From contig NC_017856.1 in NCBI RefSeq assembly GCF_000260965.1, forward strand, positions 2,550,001-2,582,000: a stretch of DNA of 32,000 bases. Reading direction: 5' to 3'. The notes beneath the pieces were generated by a model that was not told the origin of the DNA, did no database searches, and saw only the letters and a program-made list of their open reading frames with translations. Positions 24,277-32,000 of this stretch are shown here, piece by piece; position 1 is the first letter of the stretch, and each line of letters starts with the position of its first letter. This DNA is from Methylophaga frappieri. Its GTDB lineage: Bacteria > Pseudomonadota > Gammaproteobacteria > Nitrosococcales > Methylophagaceae. Position numbers and translations under genes: made by a program.

Positions 24277-26484
24277 ATGGATACTGGTCTAAACACACTT
24301 GTCGCGATCGCGCGTTTTCATCAGCTGCCCGCAGAACCTGAACAGCTCGCTCACCAATATGGTGTGCCCGGCGAGGTATTTACTGACACCCAAATTCTGC
24401 AAGCCGCAAAAGCGTTAACCCTCAGAGCAAAAAAACTCAAACCGGTTACCAACGACATTGGCAATGGCATGCTGCCCGCGATTGCCAAGGCAAAAGATGG
24501 CAGTTATTTCATCCTTGCCCGTATTGCGAATAATGAAGAAGCTGAGCAGGCGAAAAAGTCAGGCGTACTGATTCAAGATCTTCGTGATGAAGCACCAAAA
24601 AGTCTGACCCTGGATGAGTTTACCGAAATCTGGTCTGGCGAACTGATTGCATTGACACGACGACAAGGCATCGGTGAAAGCCTGCAGCAAACGTTCGACA
24701 TCTCCTGGTTTATTCCTTCTCTTATCAAATATCGTAAACTCTTCTCCGAAGTCCTCGTCGCCTCTTTCTTCCTCCAGCTCTTTGCTCTAGTCACCCCGCT
24801 GTTTTTCCAGGTCGTTATGGACAAGGTTCTGGTACACCGTGGTTTTACCACGCTGGATGTGCTGGCGGTTGGATTCTTCGTTGTCGTTGTCTTTGAGGCG
24901 CTGCTTGGCGGTATTCGCAATTATGTGTTCAGTCATACCACCAACCGGGTCGATGTTGAGTTAGGCTCACGCCTTTATACCCATCTGATGGCACTGCCGC
25001 TGTCTTATTTTGAATCAAGACAGGTAGGGCAGAATGTGGCTAGGGTTAGAGAACTGGATACTATCCGTAACTTTATTACCGGTACCGCACTGACATTGGT
25101 GATTGACCTGTTCTTTGTTTTCGTTTTCCTTGCGGTCATGTGGTACTACAGTCCGACATTGACCTGGATTGTACTGGCAACCATACCGTTCTATGTCATT
25201 CTCTCAATCTTTATCACGCCGATTTTAAGAAAACGGCTTGATGATAAGTTCAAGCACGGCGCTGAAAACACCGCCTTTCTCACAGAGTCTATAACAGGAA
25301 TTGGCACGGTAAAATCCCTGGCGGTCGAACCCCAGATGAAACGCAAACTGGAAGACCACCTTTCCAACTATGTGCATGCCTCGTTTAAAAGCCAGAACCT
25401 CAATAATGTGGCTAACCAGATAGCTGGGTTAGTCAACAAACTCATGACGCTAGGCATTATCTGGTGGGGAGCGCATCTTGTAATTGATAACCAGCTCACA
25501 GTGGGGCAACTTGTGGCCTTTAATATGCTTGCCGGCAGAGTGAGTGGCCCCATCCTCAAGCTGGTTCAACTCTGGCAAGATTTCCAGCAGGCAGGTATCT
25601 CCATCAAACGGCTGGGCGATATACTTAATACGCCGAGAGAGCCAGGTTTTAACCCCAACCGTTCACGCCTGCCATCTTTGCAAGGCGCCTTCTCGATGGA
25701 GCATGTCCGGTTTCGCTACCGCCCGGATGGCCCGGTTATTCTTGATGACTTAAACCTACAAGTCAGGCCGGGGGAAGTGATTGGCCTTGTTGGCCGAAGC
25801 GGCAGTGGCAAAAGCACTATCACTAAATTAATACAGCGGCTCTATATTCCAGAGTCCGGCAAGGTCTTGATTGATGGTGTTGACCTGTCAGTGGTTGATA
25901 CTGTCTGGCTTCGTAAACAAATTGGTGTCGTGCTACAAGAGAACTTCCTGTTCAATCGCAGCATTCGTGAGAATATTGCCTTAAGCGACCCATCCATTTC
26001 GATGGAACGTGTGATTGCGGCCTCAAAAATGGCCGGTGCTCATGAGTTCATTGTTGACTTGCCTGAAGGCTACGATAATTTGGTCGGCGAACAAGGCAGT
26101 AATTTATCGGGCGGTCAGCGCCAACGATTGGCCATCGCTCGCGCCTTAATCAATAATCCTCGTATCCTCATTTTTGATGAGGCGACCAGTGCGCTTGATT
26201 ATGAGTCAGAGCGACTGATACAAGACAATATGGCGAAGATTTGTCAGGGCAGGACCGTGTTTATCATTGCTCATCGACTGACTGCGGTGCGTCAGTGCAA
26301 TCGAATTATCGTGACGGAGAAAGGGCGTATCGTCGAGCAAGGCAATCATGAAGAGCTGATTGCCAAAAATGGCTACTACGCCAAACTACACAGTTATCAA
26401 AACCACACTCCGAATCTGCACCCTGTAACTCACAACGCTGCTCAAGCGACACCTGAGGGAAGTTTGGAAGGTGCACGACCATGA
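24277..26484 (+). CDS. hlyB: Type I secretion ABC transporter, HlyB family, with a degenerate N-terminal C39-like domain
   Basis: 735 aa, collinear with E. coli HlyB: FDISWFIPSLIKYRKLF, LQLFALVTPLFFQVVMDKVLVHRGF, VARVRELDTIRNF, IAFNMLAG-type motifs. Walker A GRSGSGKST at 25792-25818, LSGGQRQR, ILIFDEATSALD. The position of the C39 catalytic Cys reads DTGL (HlyB has DYGL). Confidence 0.93.
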   Translation: MDTGLNTLVAIARFHQLPAEPEQLAHQYGVPGEVFTDTQILQAAKALTLRAKKLKPVTNDIGNGMLPAIAKAKDGSYFILARIANNEEAEQAKKSGVLIQDLRDEAPKSLTLDEFTEIWSGELIALTRRQGIGESLQQTFDISWFIPSLIKYRKLFSEVLVASFFLQLFALVTPLFFQVVMDKVLVHRGFTTLDVLAVGFFVVVVFEALLGGIRNYVFSHTTNRVDVELGSRLYTHLMALPLSYFESRQVGQNVARVRELDTIRNFITGTALTLVIDLFFVFVFLAVMWYYSPTLTWIVLATIPFYVILSIFITPILRKRLDDKFKHGAENTAFLTESITGIGTVKSLAVEPQMKRKLEDHLSNYVHASFKSQNLNNVANQIAGLVNKLMTLGIIWWGAHLVIDNQLTVGQLVAFNMLAGRVSGPILKLVQLWQDFQQAGISIKRLGDILNTPREPGFNPNRSRLPSLQGAFSMEHVRFRYRPDGPVILDDLNLQVRPGEVIGLVGRSGSGKSTITKLIQRLYIPESGKVLIDGVDLSVVDTVWLRKQIGVVLQENFLFNRSIRENIALSDPSISMERVIAASKMAGAHEFIVDLPEGYDNLVGEQGSNLSGGQRQRLAIARALINNPRILIFDEATSALDYESERLIQDNMAKICQGRTVFIIAHRLTAVRQCNRIIVTEKGRIVEQGNHEELIAKNGYYAKLHSYQNHTPNLHPVTHNAAQATPEGSLEGARP

Positions 26485-27881
26485 GGCCGTTTACCGTTTT
26501 CTGGGATGCCTGGAAAAATCGCCACACAATGGGGCAGGGCAGTAAAACACGCGAGCTTGCCGCCTTTTTACCGGCTGCACTGGAGATACAGGAAGCGCCA
26601 CCCAATCCCCTTGCCAAATGGCTAGGCCGCAGCTTGATTATTTTATTCCTGATAGGAGTTGTCTGGGCTTGTGTCGGCGAAGTTAATATCGTCGCTAGTG
26701 CCGAAGGCAAGATTATTCCCAGCGCTAGAGTCAAACAAATCCAGCCACTGGAAAAGGCTGTGGTCAAAACCATTCTGGTCAGCGAAGGCGAAGAAGTTAG
26801 AAAAGGTCAGCCCTTGGTCGAGTTGGACAGCACGCTCACTTCAGCAGACGAAAAAAGGCTCACTTCTGAGCGCCACAGTATTCAGATGCAACTGGCGGTG
26901 AAACAAGCGCTGCTGACAGCGTTAAGCGCTAACAAAACTGTCCCCGCTGAACAAGTCAAACTGACCTTCTCGAAGAATAACGCTGAGCATGATACCAGCC
27001 TTTATCAGCAATTACTCTGGCAGCACTGGCAGGATTATCAAAGTCAGCAGCAGACCCTGCAAAATACCTTGAATAAAACCCGGTTTGAGCAGGCGGCCAG
27101 TAAAGAAATTATTAAAAAACTTCAGCAAACACTGCCCATCGTTACCAAGCGGGCTGAGGACTTGCAAAGCCTGCATCAGCAAAGCTTTGTGACTGAAACA
27201 GAGTACCTGGATCTGGAACAACAGCGCATCGAACAAACACAAGATCTGGCAGCGGAAAAGCATCGGCTACAGCAACTTGTTGCGGCCGAATCTGAAGTCA
27301 AGCATCAACTGCAAACACTCGCAGCTCAAACCAAGGCCAGAACATTACAAGAAATCACCGAATACCAACGTCAAATCGCCTCACTGGATGAGGAGCTCAC
27401 CAAAGCGCAGGATTTAAATGCCAAACAAATCCTCTACGCGCCGGTATCAGGGCAAGTGCAGGAGCTTGCCATCAACACAGTGGGTGGTGTGGTAACCGAA
27501 GCCCAGCAGCTGATGCTGATTGTGCCTAATGCAGAGCAACTGGAAGTGGAAGTGTTTCTGGAGAACAAAGACATTGGTTTTATTGAAGAAGGCATGCCGG
27601 CAGAAATCAAAGTCCATACTTTCTCTTTCACTAAATACGGTGTGATTGATGCCAAAGTTACCACCGTCTCCGATGATGCCACCGTCGATGAAAAACAGGG
27701 CTTGATTTACCGAATGCAGTTACTGATGAGTAAAAACGCAATCATGGTTGATAGTCGTGAAGTGAAGTTAATGCCTGGTATGGCTGTGACAGCTGAGATG
27801 AAAACTGGGACTAGGCGGATTATTGAGTTCTTTTTGGCGCCATTGTTAAGACACGGTAATGAGAGCTTGAGGGAGCGGTGA
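26481..27881 (+). CDS. hlyD: Type I secretion membrane fusion protein, HlyD family
   Basis: 466 aa. ATGA overlap with hlyB. N-terminal cytoplasmic tail + TM (LIILFLIGVVWACVG). Long coiled-coil hairpin. C-terminal beta-barrel ending RRIIEFFLAPLL, as in HlyD. Confidence 0.9.
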   Translation: MRPFTVFWDAWKNRHTMGQGSKTRELAAFLPAALEIQEAPPNPLAKWLGRSLIILFLIGVVWACVGEVNIVASAEGKIIPSARVKQIQPLEKAVVKTILVSEGEEVRKGQPLVELDSTLTSADEKRLTSERHSIQMQLAVKQALLTALSANKTVPAEQVKLTFSKNNAEHDTSLYQQLLWQHWQDYQSQQQTLQNTLNKTRFEQAASKEIIKKLQQTLPIVTKRAEDLQSLHQQSFVTETEYLDLEQQRIEQTQDLAAEKHRLQQLVAAESEVKHQLQTLAAQTKARTLQEITEYQRQIASLDEELTKAQDLNAKQILYAPVSGQVQELAINTVGGVVTEAQQLMLIVPNAEQLEVEVFLENKDIGFIEEGMPAEIKVHTFSFTKYGVIDAKVTTVSDDATVDEKQGLIYRMQLLMSKNAIMVDSREVKLMPGMAVTAEMKTGTRRIIEFFLAPLLRHGNESLRER

Positions 27882-28051
27882 TTACAGATGAATATACAAC
27901 CTACAAGAACCAAAAACACACCCGTCGTCAAGGCGCATTATTGTCTTCAATTTGGCGATTTTTTGCTGCCATATTTGCAGCTTAAAGAAATAATCAAGTT
28001 TTTCTCTCAAATCTTCCTATTCAGAAATTTGAAGCAGTGCGATAACTCAAT

Positions 28052-28074
28052 ACTTATCCAGAAAATGGATAAGT
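28052..28074 (+). promoter_or_regulatory. Perfect 9-bp hairpin in the hlyD-to-downstream-gene spacer
   Basis: ACTTATCCA-gaaaa-TGGATAAGT. No U-tract follows, so it is not a classical terminator. It could be a protein-binding palindrome or an RNA processing/stability element. Confidence 0.3.
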
Positions 28075-28105
28075 CAGCCTTATCTCTGAAAACAGGTATC
28101 TGAAC

Positions 28106-28723
28106 ATGCCATTACTTGTAGTCATTCTATTTCTAATTTTCTATATCTGGCTATCTAAAAAAGTAGTTCGGCGTGCCGTTAGTCAGTCCAAGAAACTTGG
28201 TGGTAATCATAAGCTTGCCGGCTGGATGGCTGGTATTCTTATGTACTCATTGATTCTTTGGGATTTTATTCCGACACATTTTATGCAGCAATATCACTGC
28301 GCTACAGATGCCGGCTTTACGGTTTATAAATCGATAGATCAGTGGAAACAGGAAAATCCGGGGGTAGCCGAAACTCTGACACCTATCGATAAACCTGATT
28401 GGATAAAAAACGATAATCTGACGCGAGTTCAGCTCAATCAGCGGTTTGCGTGGGAATTTGAAGACAGCATCCACCTTTTTAAAATTCACGAACGTGAACA
28501 ACGTATTGTCGATATAAAAACAGGCGAAGTACTGGCACGCAATGTCGATTTTAATACTGGGGTAGGCAATCCATATGTTTCTGCTGACTCCATCAGAGAT
28601 TACAAGTGGTGGATTAAGGTTGATTCATGCCCAAGATTTGGGAGCAAATCCAAATGGTTAGTGAATAATGATTCATTTATAGATTTTTATATGAAGTCTA
28701 AACATATCAAAGGAGTGAGATGA
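28106..28723 (+). CDS. Membrane-anchored hypothetical protein, translationally coupled to the RTX lipase gene
   Basis: 205 aa. Two N-terminal hydrophobic helices (LLVVILFLIFYIWL; WMAGILMYSLILWDFI) precede a soluble domain. AT-rich codon usage. Its stop TGA (28721-28723) is embedded in the ATGATG start of the next ORF. Confidence 0.6.
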   Translation: MPLLVVILFLIFYIWLSKKVVRRAVSQSKKLGGNHKLAGWMAGILMYSLILWDFIPTHFMQQYHCATDAGFTVYKSIDQWKQENPGVAETLTPIDKPDWIKNDNLTRVQLNQRFAWEFEDSIHLFKIHEREQRIVDIKTGEVLARNVDFNTGVGNPYVSADSIRDYKWWIKVDSCPRFGSKSKWLVNNDSFIDFYMKSKHIKGVR

Positions 28724-31700
28724 TGACGGCCAACAACTTATTTCAACAGGCTTTACTAGCAGAAGCGGCTTACGCGGATTTTTGGAATCATGCTACTGAG
28801 CAATTGATTACAGATTCAAGTCTTATAGCGGCTGCTCTAACATTTGAAGGGTTTTCGCAAACCCAAGCCGAAGAATTCGTTGATGAATGGACGGTACGGG
28901 CTCACCAACCAAATACATTTTCTGGACTCTCTGTTACGGTCTTCGAGAATCTAAATGGTGACAAGGTATTAGCAGTTCGGGGAACCGATGACCCTTTTGA
29001 TGTCATTACGGATCTCGGTATTCTCGAAGGGGTGACACCCGAGCAGACTACTCAGTATCAAGAGCTAAAAGACCTTGTTGATGGTTGGCTTGATGACGGT
29101 ACGCTTGATTCAGGCTTCACGGTTAGTGGCCATTCTTTAGGAGGCTTTCTCGCAGGTGGTTTATTAGTTGATTATCCAGATGATATTAGTCATGCATACA
29201 TTTACAACGCTCCAGGGGTAGGTGGGCTACTCGCAGAATTTGGAATACTCACTGGCCATTTGGACCCGAGTATTGATTTAAGTCTTATATCGAATGTAGT
29301 TGCAGCTTATGGGGTAGATGGTACGGCAGACTGGGGGATAAGTTGGGGGGAACAAATACCCATAAATATTGAAGGAGAAGACACGCAAATTTGGGGGAAT
29401 CACGAGGTCAAAAGACTTACAGATGCCCTTGCTCTATATAGTTTATTCGAAACCCTCTCACCATCAATAGATAATAAATTCATAGCGGCTCTTTTACCAA
29501 CAGGTTCAAATAACGGTGAATGGGATTTGGACGGACTGCTTAATTCTCTTGGTGTTCTTCTTGGTATCGGTCAGGAAAGCATTCTTAGTGATAGGGAAGC
29601 CTATTATCAGCGGTTTATAGAAATATCTGGTGGTATTTTTGTTGATCCAGACGCGGAAATCCCTGTATTAAAGTCAGAGTATGAAAACCTCCAGTTTGTA
29701 AACATTTTTAGTCTTGTAGACTCAGCCAATTTAGATAATGCCGATGGCTTTGCATATCGATATGCATTACAGCAATTAACACCATTTGCAATTACAGGTA
29801 ATGAGGATCTATACGAACAACACAATCTAAGTGGCGAGTTAAACGCTGATAACTTTACCGAGAGTTATTTAGAAGATCGGAAATTGATGCTTAATGCCAT
29901 TCTTCAGCGTAATACACTCAATAGTACCAACCCCGACAAAATAGATGGTGAGGCAATTCGTTTCGATGATGCAAAAATTGGGGAGGTCTTTGCTGGTGCG
30001 TATAGTTCTGGTCAAGGTGGATCAAACCCCCTTAATGGATCTGATGTAACCAACATTATCTTTGGTGATGAAAACAATAACAATGGAAGCAATACTTTAC
30101 TTGGCAATCAACAGAATGACCGGATTTATGGTTTGTCAGGAAATGATGTTTTAGATGGTGGCGCCGGTGATGATTATCTTGAAGGTGGAACGGGTGTTGA
30201 TACCTATATATATGACCAAAATGATGGTTTTGACACGATTTTCGATAAAGATGGGCTTGGCGTAATAAATTGGAAAGGCACTGTTCTTGACGGTAGCTAC
30301 GATTTTGCAAATAACAACACATTCATAGATGAAACTCTTGGTGTTACTTATCAATTTGAGCCAGATCTTAATGGTCGGGGCACTTTGTACATTATTGATA
30401 ATAACAGTCCGGGAAATGGCGGGATAAAAGTAATTGATTTCGTATCTGGTAATTTGGGGATCGTAATAGATACAGGTGAAATTACTGAGGAAACAGGTGG
30501 AATTTTAAACACTGGAACAGCCAGCAATGATGTTTTATATCCTGATGGATATGACCAAGGTTTCCCTCATGGATATGATCTTCAAGCAGATATAGCCGAT
30601 CAAATATTTGGAATAGATGGTAACGATTTTATCGTTAGCGGTGGTGGTAATGACATAGTCTATGGCGGAGATGGTAACGACTGGATTTATGCTGGAATCG
30701 GAAACGATACTCTCTATGGTGAAGCAGGAGATGATTATATTTTCACCATGTCAGGTGATAACAAAGCCTATGGCGGAGATGGTAATGACATAATAATTAG
30801 TAACCATGCGGTGAAGTTTAATATTGACAATCTGCCTCTTCAACATGATGAGTGGTCAAGGTTATTTCATACATTCAGAGGTGCTTACGCAGGGATAACG
30901 ACCACAGAGACTGGCCAGTTAAATATATTATTGAAGTGGACTGGTGCTGAATCTGGATTTATCGATGGCGATTATGAATACATTCCTGATCCGGCAGGTT
31001 ACGACCTTGGCAATGTTGATATAAACGGTGATTCATACACTCTTTCTGCTACGTTTTCTTCATCTATAGATGAAGGGAAAAATGTCTTTTCTGGCGGTGC
31101 TGGGGATGACATTCTGATTGGAAATGATGGTGCTGATATTTTAACTGGTGGTATAGGAAGTGACAAATTAGCAGGGAATGGGGGAAATGACGCTCTCTTC
31201 GGTGAGGCTGATGATGACCTTTTAAAAGGTGCAGCTGGGGAAGACTTTTTGGATGGTGGAAGTGGGAATGATGAACTGTTCGGTGAACAAGGCAATGATA
31301 GAGTCTATGGTGGGGATGGAGATGATTTTATCTGGGGCGATAGTGACTATCTAGATGAAAATCTTCATGGCGATGATTACTTAGATGGTGGCGAAGGTAA
31401 CGATCAGCTTGTAGGCGGGGCAGGTGATGACACTCTTGTAGGCGGCGCAGGAGAGGACACTCTGTTTGGACAGCAGGGTGCAGATATCTTACATGGTGAT
31501 GCAGGTAAGGATGTGCTGGATGGTGGCGCTGGAGATGACATACTTCGTGGTGGCAGTGATGAGGATGACCTGTGGGGTGGTGATGGTAACGACAGACTTT
31601 ATGGTGGCTCGGGAGCTGACTATCTAGAAGGTGAGGCAGGTGACGATCTTCTTGAGGGCGGAGCTGGGAATGACACGTTTTGGGGAGGAGATGGGGCTGA

Positions 31701-32000
31701 CACCTTTGTGTTTGGTAATGGTGATGGAACCGACATCATCCGTGATACGGATGATGAAGATATCATTCAATTTAAAGCAGGTATTTCATTAGATTCCATC
31801 ACTTCAACACAACAAAGCTCCACGAGTCAGTTTTTATTAATTGAGTATGGTGATGGAAATTCTCTTAGAGTCAAAAATGGTATAGAAAATCTAATTTCTG
31901 CATTTAAATTTAGTGATGGTACCAGCTTTGACTCAAACTCATTTTTAAAACAAACACTCAAAGAAGAAGTCATCACGACACTCAGTGAAGCAGCTATAAG
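28720..32000 (+). CDS. Large RTX protein with an N-terminal alpha/beta-hydrolase (class-3-lipase-like) domain; 3'-truncated by the window end
   Basis: It is not in the supplied track because no stop occurs. I translated the frame by hand from ATG 28720/28723 (AAAGGAG RBS) to nt 32000 without meeting a stop. Motifs: AVRGTDDPFD, GHSLGG (29128-29145, Ser at 29134-29136), YNAPGVGG. Three blocks of GGxGxDxUx nonapeptides follow. The post-RTX segment is GDGTDIIRD...IIQF...FKFSDGT. Confidence 0.88.
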   Translation, partial: MMTANNLFQQALLAEAAYADFWNHATEQLITDSSLIAAALTFEGFSQTQAEEFVDEWTVRAHQPNTFSGLSVTVFENLNGDKVLAVRGTDDPFDVITDLGILEGVTPEQTTQYQELKDLVDGWLDDGTLDSGFTVSGHSLGGFLAGGLLVDYPDDISHAYIYNAPGVGGLLAEFGILTGHLDPSIDLSLISNVVAAYGVDGTADWGISWGEQIPINIEGEDTQIWGNHEVKRLTDALALYSLFETLSPSIDNKFIAALLPTGSNNGEWDLDGLLNSLGVLLGIGQESILSDREAYYQRFIEISGGIFVDPDAEIPVLKSEYENLQFVNIFSLVDSANLDNADGFAYRYALQQLTPFAITGNEDLYEQHNLSGELNADNFTESYLEDRKLMLNAILQRNTLNSTNPDKIDGEAIRFDDAKIGEVFAGAYSSGQGGSNPLNGSDVTNIIFGDENNNNGSNTLLGNQQNDRIYGLSGNDVLDGGAGDDYLEGGTGVDTYIYDQNDGFDTIFDKDGLGVINWKGTVLDGSYDFANNNTFIDETLGVTYQFEPDLNGRGTLYIIDNNSPGNGGIKVIDFVSGNLGIVIDTGEITEETGGILNTGTASNDVLYPDGYDQGFPHGYDLQADIADQIFGIDGNDFIVSGGGNDIVYGGDGNDWIYAGIGNDTLYGEAGDDYIFTMSGDNKAYGGDGNDIIISNHAVKFNIDNLPLQHDEWSRLFHTFRGAYAGITTTETGQLNILLKWTGAESGFIDGDYEYIPDPAGYDLGNVDINGDSYTLSATFSSSIDEGKNVFSGGAGDDILIGNDGADILTGGIGSDKLAGNGGNDALFGEADDDLLKGAAGEDFLDGGSGNDELFGEQGNDRVYGGDGDDFIWGDSDYLDENLHGDDYLDGGEGNDQLVGGAGDDTLVGGAGEDTLFGQQGADILHGDAGKDVLDGGAGDDILRGGSDEDDLWGGDGNDRLYGGSGADYLEGEAGDDLLEGGAGNDTFWGGDGADTFVFGNGDGTDIIRDTDDEDIIQFKAGISLDSITSTQQSSTSQFLLIEYGDGNSLRVKNGIENLISAFKFSDGTSFDSNSFLKQTLKEEVITTLSEAAI
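30133..30798 (+). repeat. RTX nonapeptide repeat blocks 1 and 2 (calcium-binding GGxGxD repeats)
   Basis: LSGNDVLDGGAGDDYLEGGTGVDTYIY (30133-30213) and GIDGNDFIVSGGGNDIVYGGDGNDWIYAGIGNDTLYGEAGDDYIF..YGGDGNDIII (30610-30798), separated by non-repeat sequence. Confidence 0.85.
31090..31710 (+). repeat. RTX nonapeptide repeat block 3 (about 20 tandem GGxGxDxUx units in two runs)
   Basis: SGGAGDDILIGNDGADILTGGIGSDKLAGNGGNDALFGEADDDLLKGAAGEDFLDGGSGNDELFGEQGNDRVYGGDGDDFIWG, then DGGEGNDQLVGGAGDDTLVGGAGEDTLFGQQGADILHGDAGKDVLDGGAGDDILRGG...GGAGNDTFWGGDGADTFVF. Confidence 0.9.

Noticed and set aside
26306-26773. 155-aa minus-strand ORF spanning the hlyB/hlyD junction
   Set aside because: Both + strand genes are strongly supported by family similarity and are coupled by an ATGA overlap, so this is an antisense shadow.
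27888-28103. 71-aa ORF between hlyD and the membrane-protein gene
   Set aside because: It has no convincing RBS (the nearest GGGAG is about 17 nt upstream). It lies in an AT-rich spacer, its composition is not protein-like, and it contains the 28052-28074 hairpin. It is most likely non-coding.
29607-31295. Minus-strand ORFs 29607-29825, 30056-30322, 30151-30354 and 30999-31295
   Set aside because: They are antisense shadows of the long + strand RTX ORF. The 30999-31295 product (PSKKSSPAAPFKRSSSASPK...) is the low-complexity mirror image of the GGxGxD repeats.
1-32000. CRISPR arrays, tRNA/rRNA genes, IS elements, integrases, prophage genes
   Set aside because: I saw no regularly spaced direct repeats outside the coding RTX repeats, no cloverleaf-like or rRNA-like conserved stretches, and no transposase- or integrase-like ORFs in the six-frame track.

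Overview
The window looks like a gammaproteobacterial chromosome segment. The organism is only a guess: the TrkA, PBP4, Czc, MntP and HlyB-like proteins fit, and an Fae-like gene hints at a marine methylotroph. There are no rRNA, tRNA, CRISPR, transposase or integrase signals. The left 14.6 kb is mostly ordinary: a truncated GGDEF cyclase, dacB, a 7-TM membrane protein, a His-rich-protein/czcCBA/mntP metal-efflux operon, an orphan Fae-like gene, an MscS-family channel, trkA and a dienelactone hydrolase. Two accessory loci follow. (1) Positions 14760-22949 hold a tightly coupled 8-gene operon that I cannot assign to any named system. It encodes a secreted acidic protein, a glycine-zipper lipoprotein, a membrane-anchored helical-repeat protein, a membrane-anchored PEGAx4 + catalytically dead FGE-sulfatase protein and an unannotated 46-aa signal-peptide micro-ORF. 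These are followed by a MotA/TolQ/ExbB-family channel and two paralogous proteins. Each paralogue has an ExbD/TolR-like single TM helix with a conserved Asp, fused to a long coiled coil and a vWA (MIDAS) head. I read this as a candidate new ion-driven stator-type envelope machine and rank it as the top finding. (2) Positions 24277 to beyond 32000 hold a type I secretion locus. It contains a HlyB-type ABC transporter with a degenerate C39-like domain, a HlyD adaptor and a small membrane protein. That protein is translationally coupled to a very large RTX protein with an N-terminal GHSLGG lipase-like domain. The RTX ORF is missing from the supplied ORF track because it runs off the window end. 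Its non-repeat parts are visibly AT-rich with many ATA codons.
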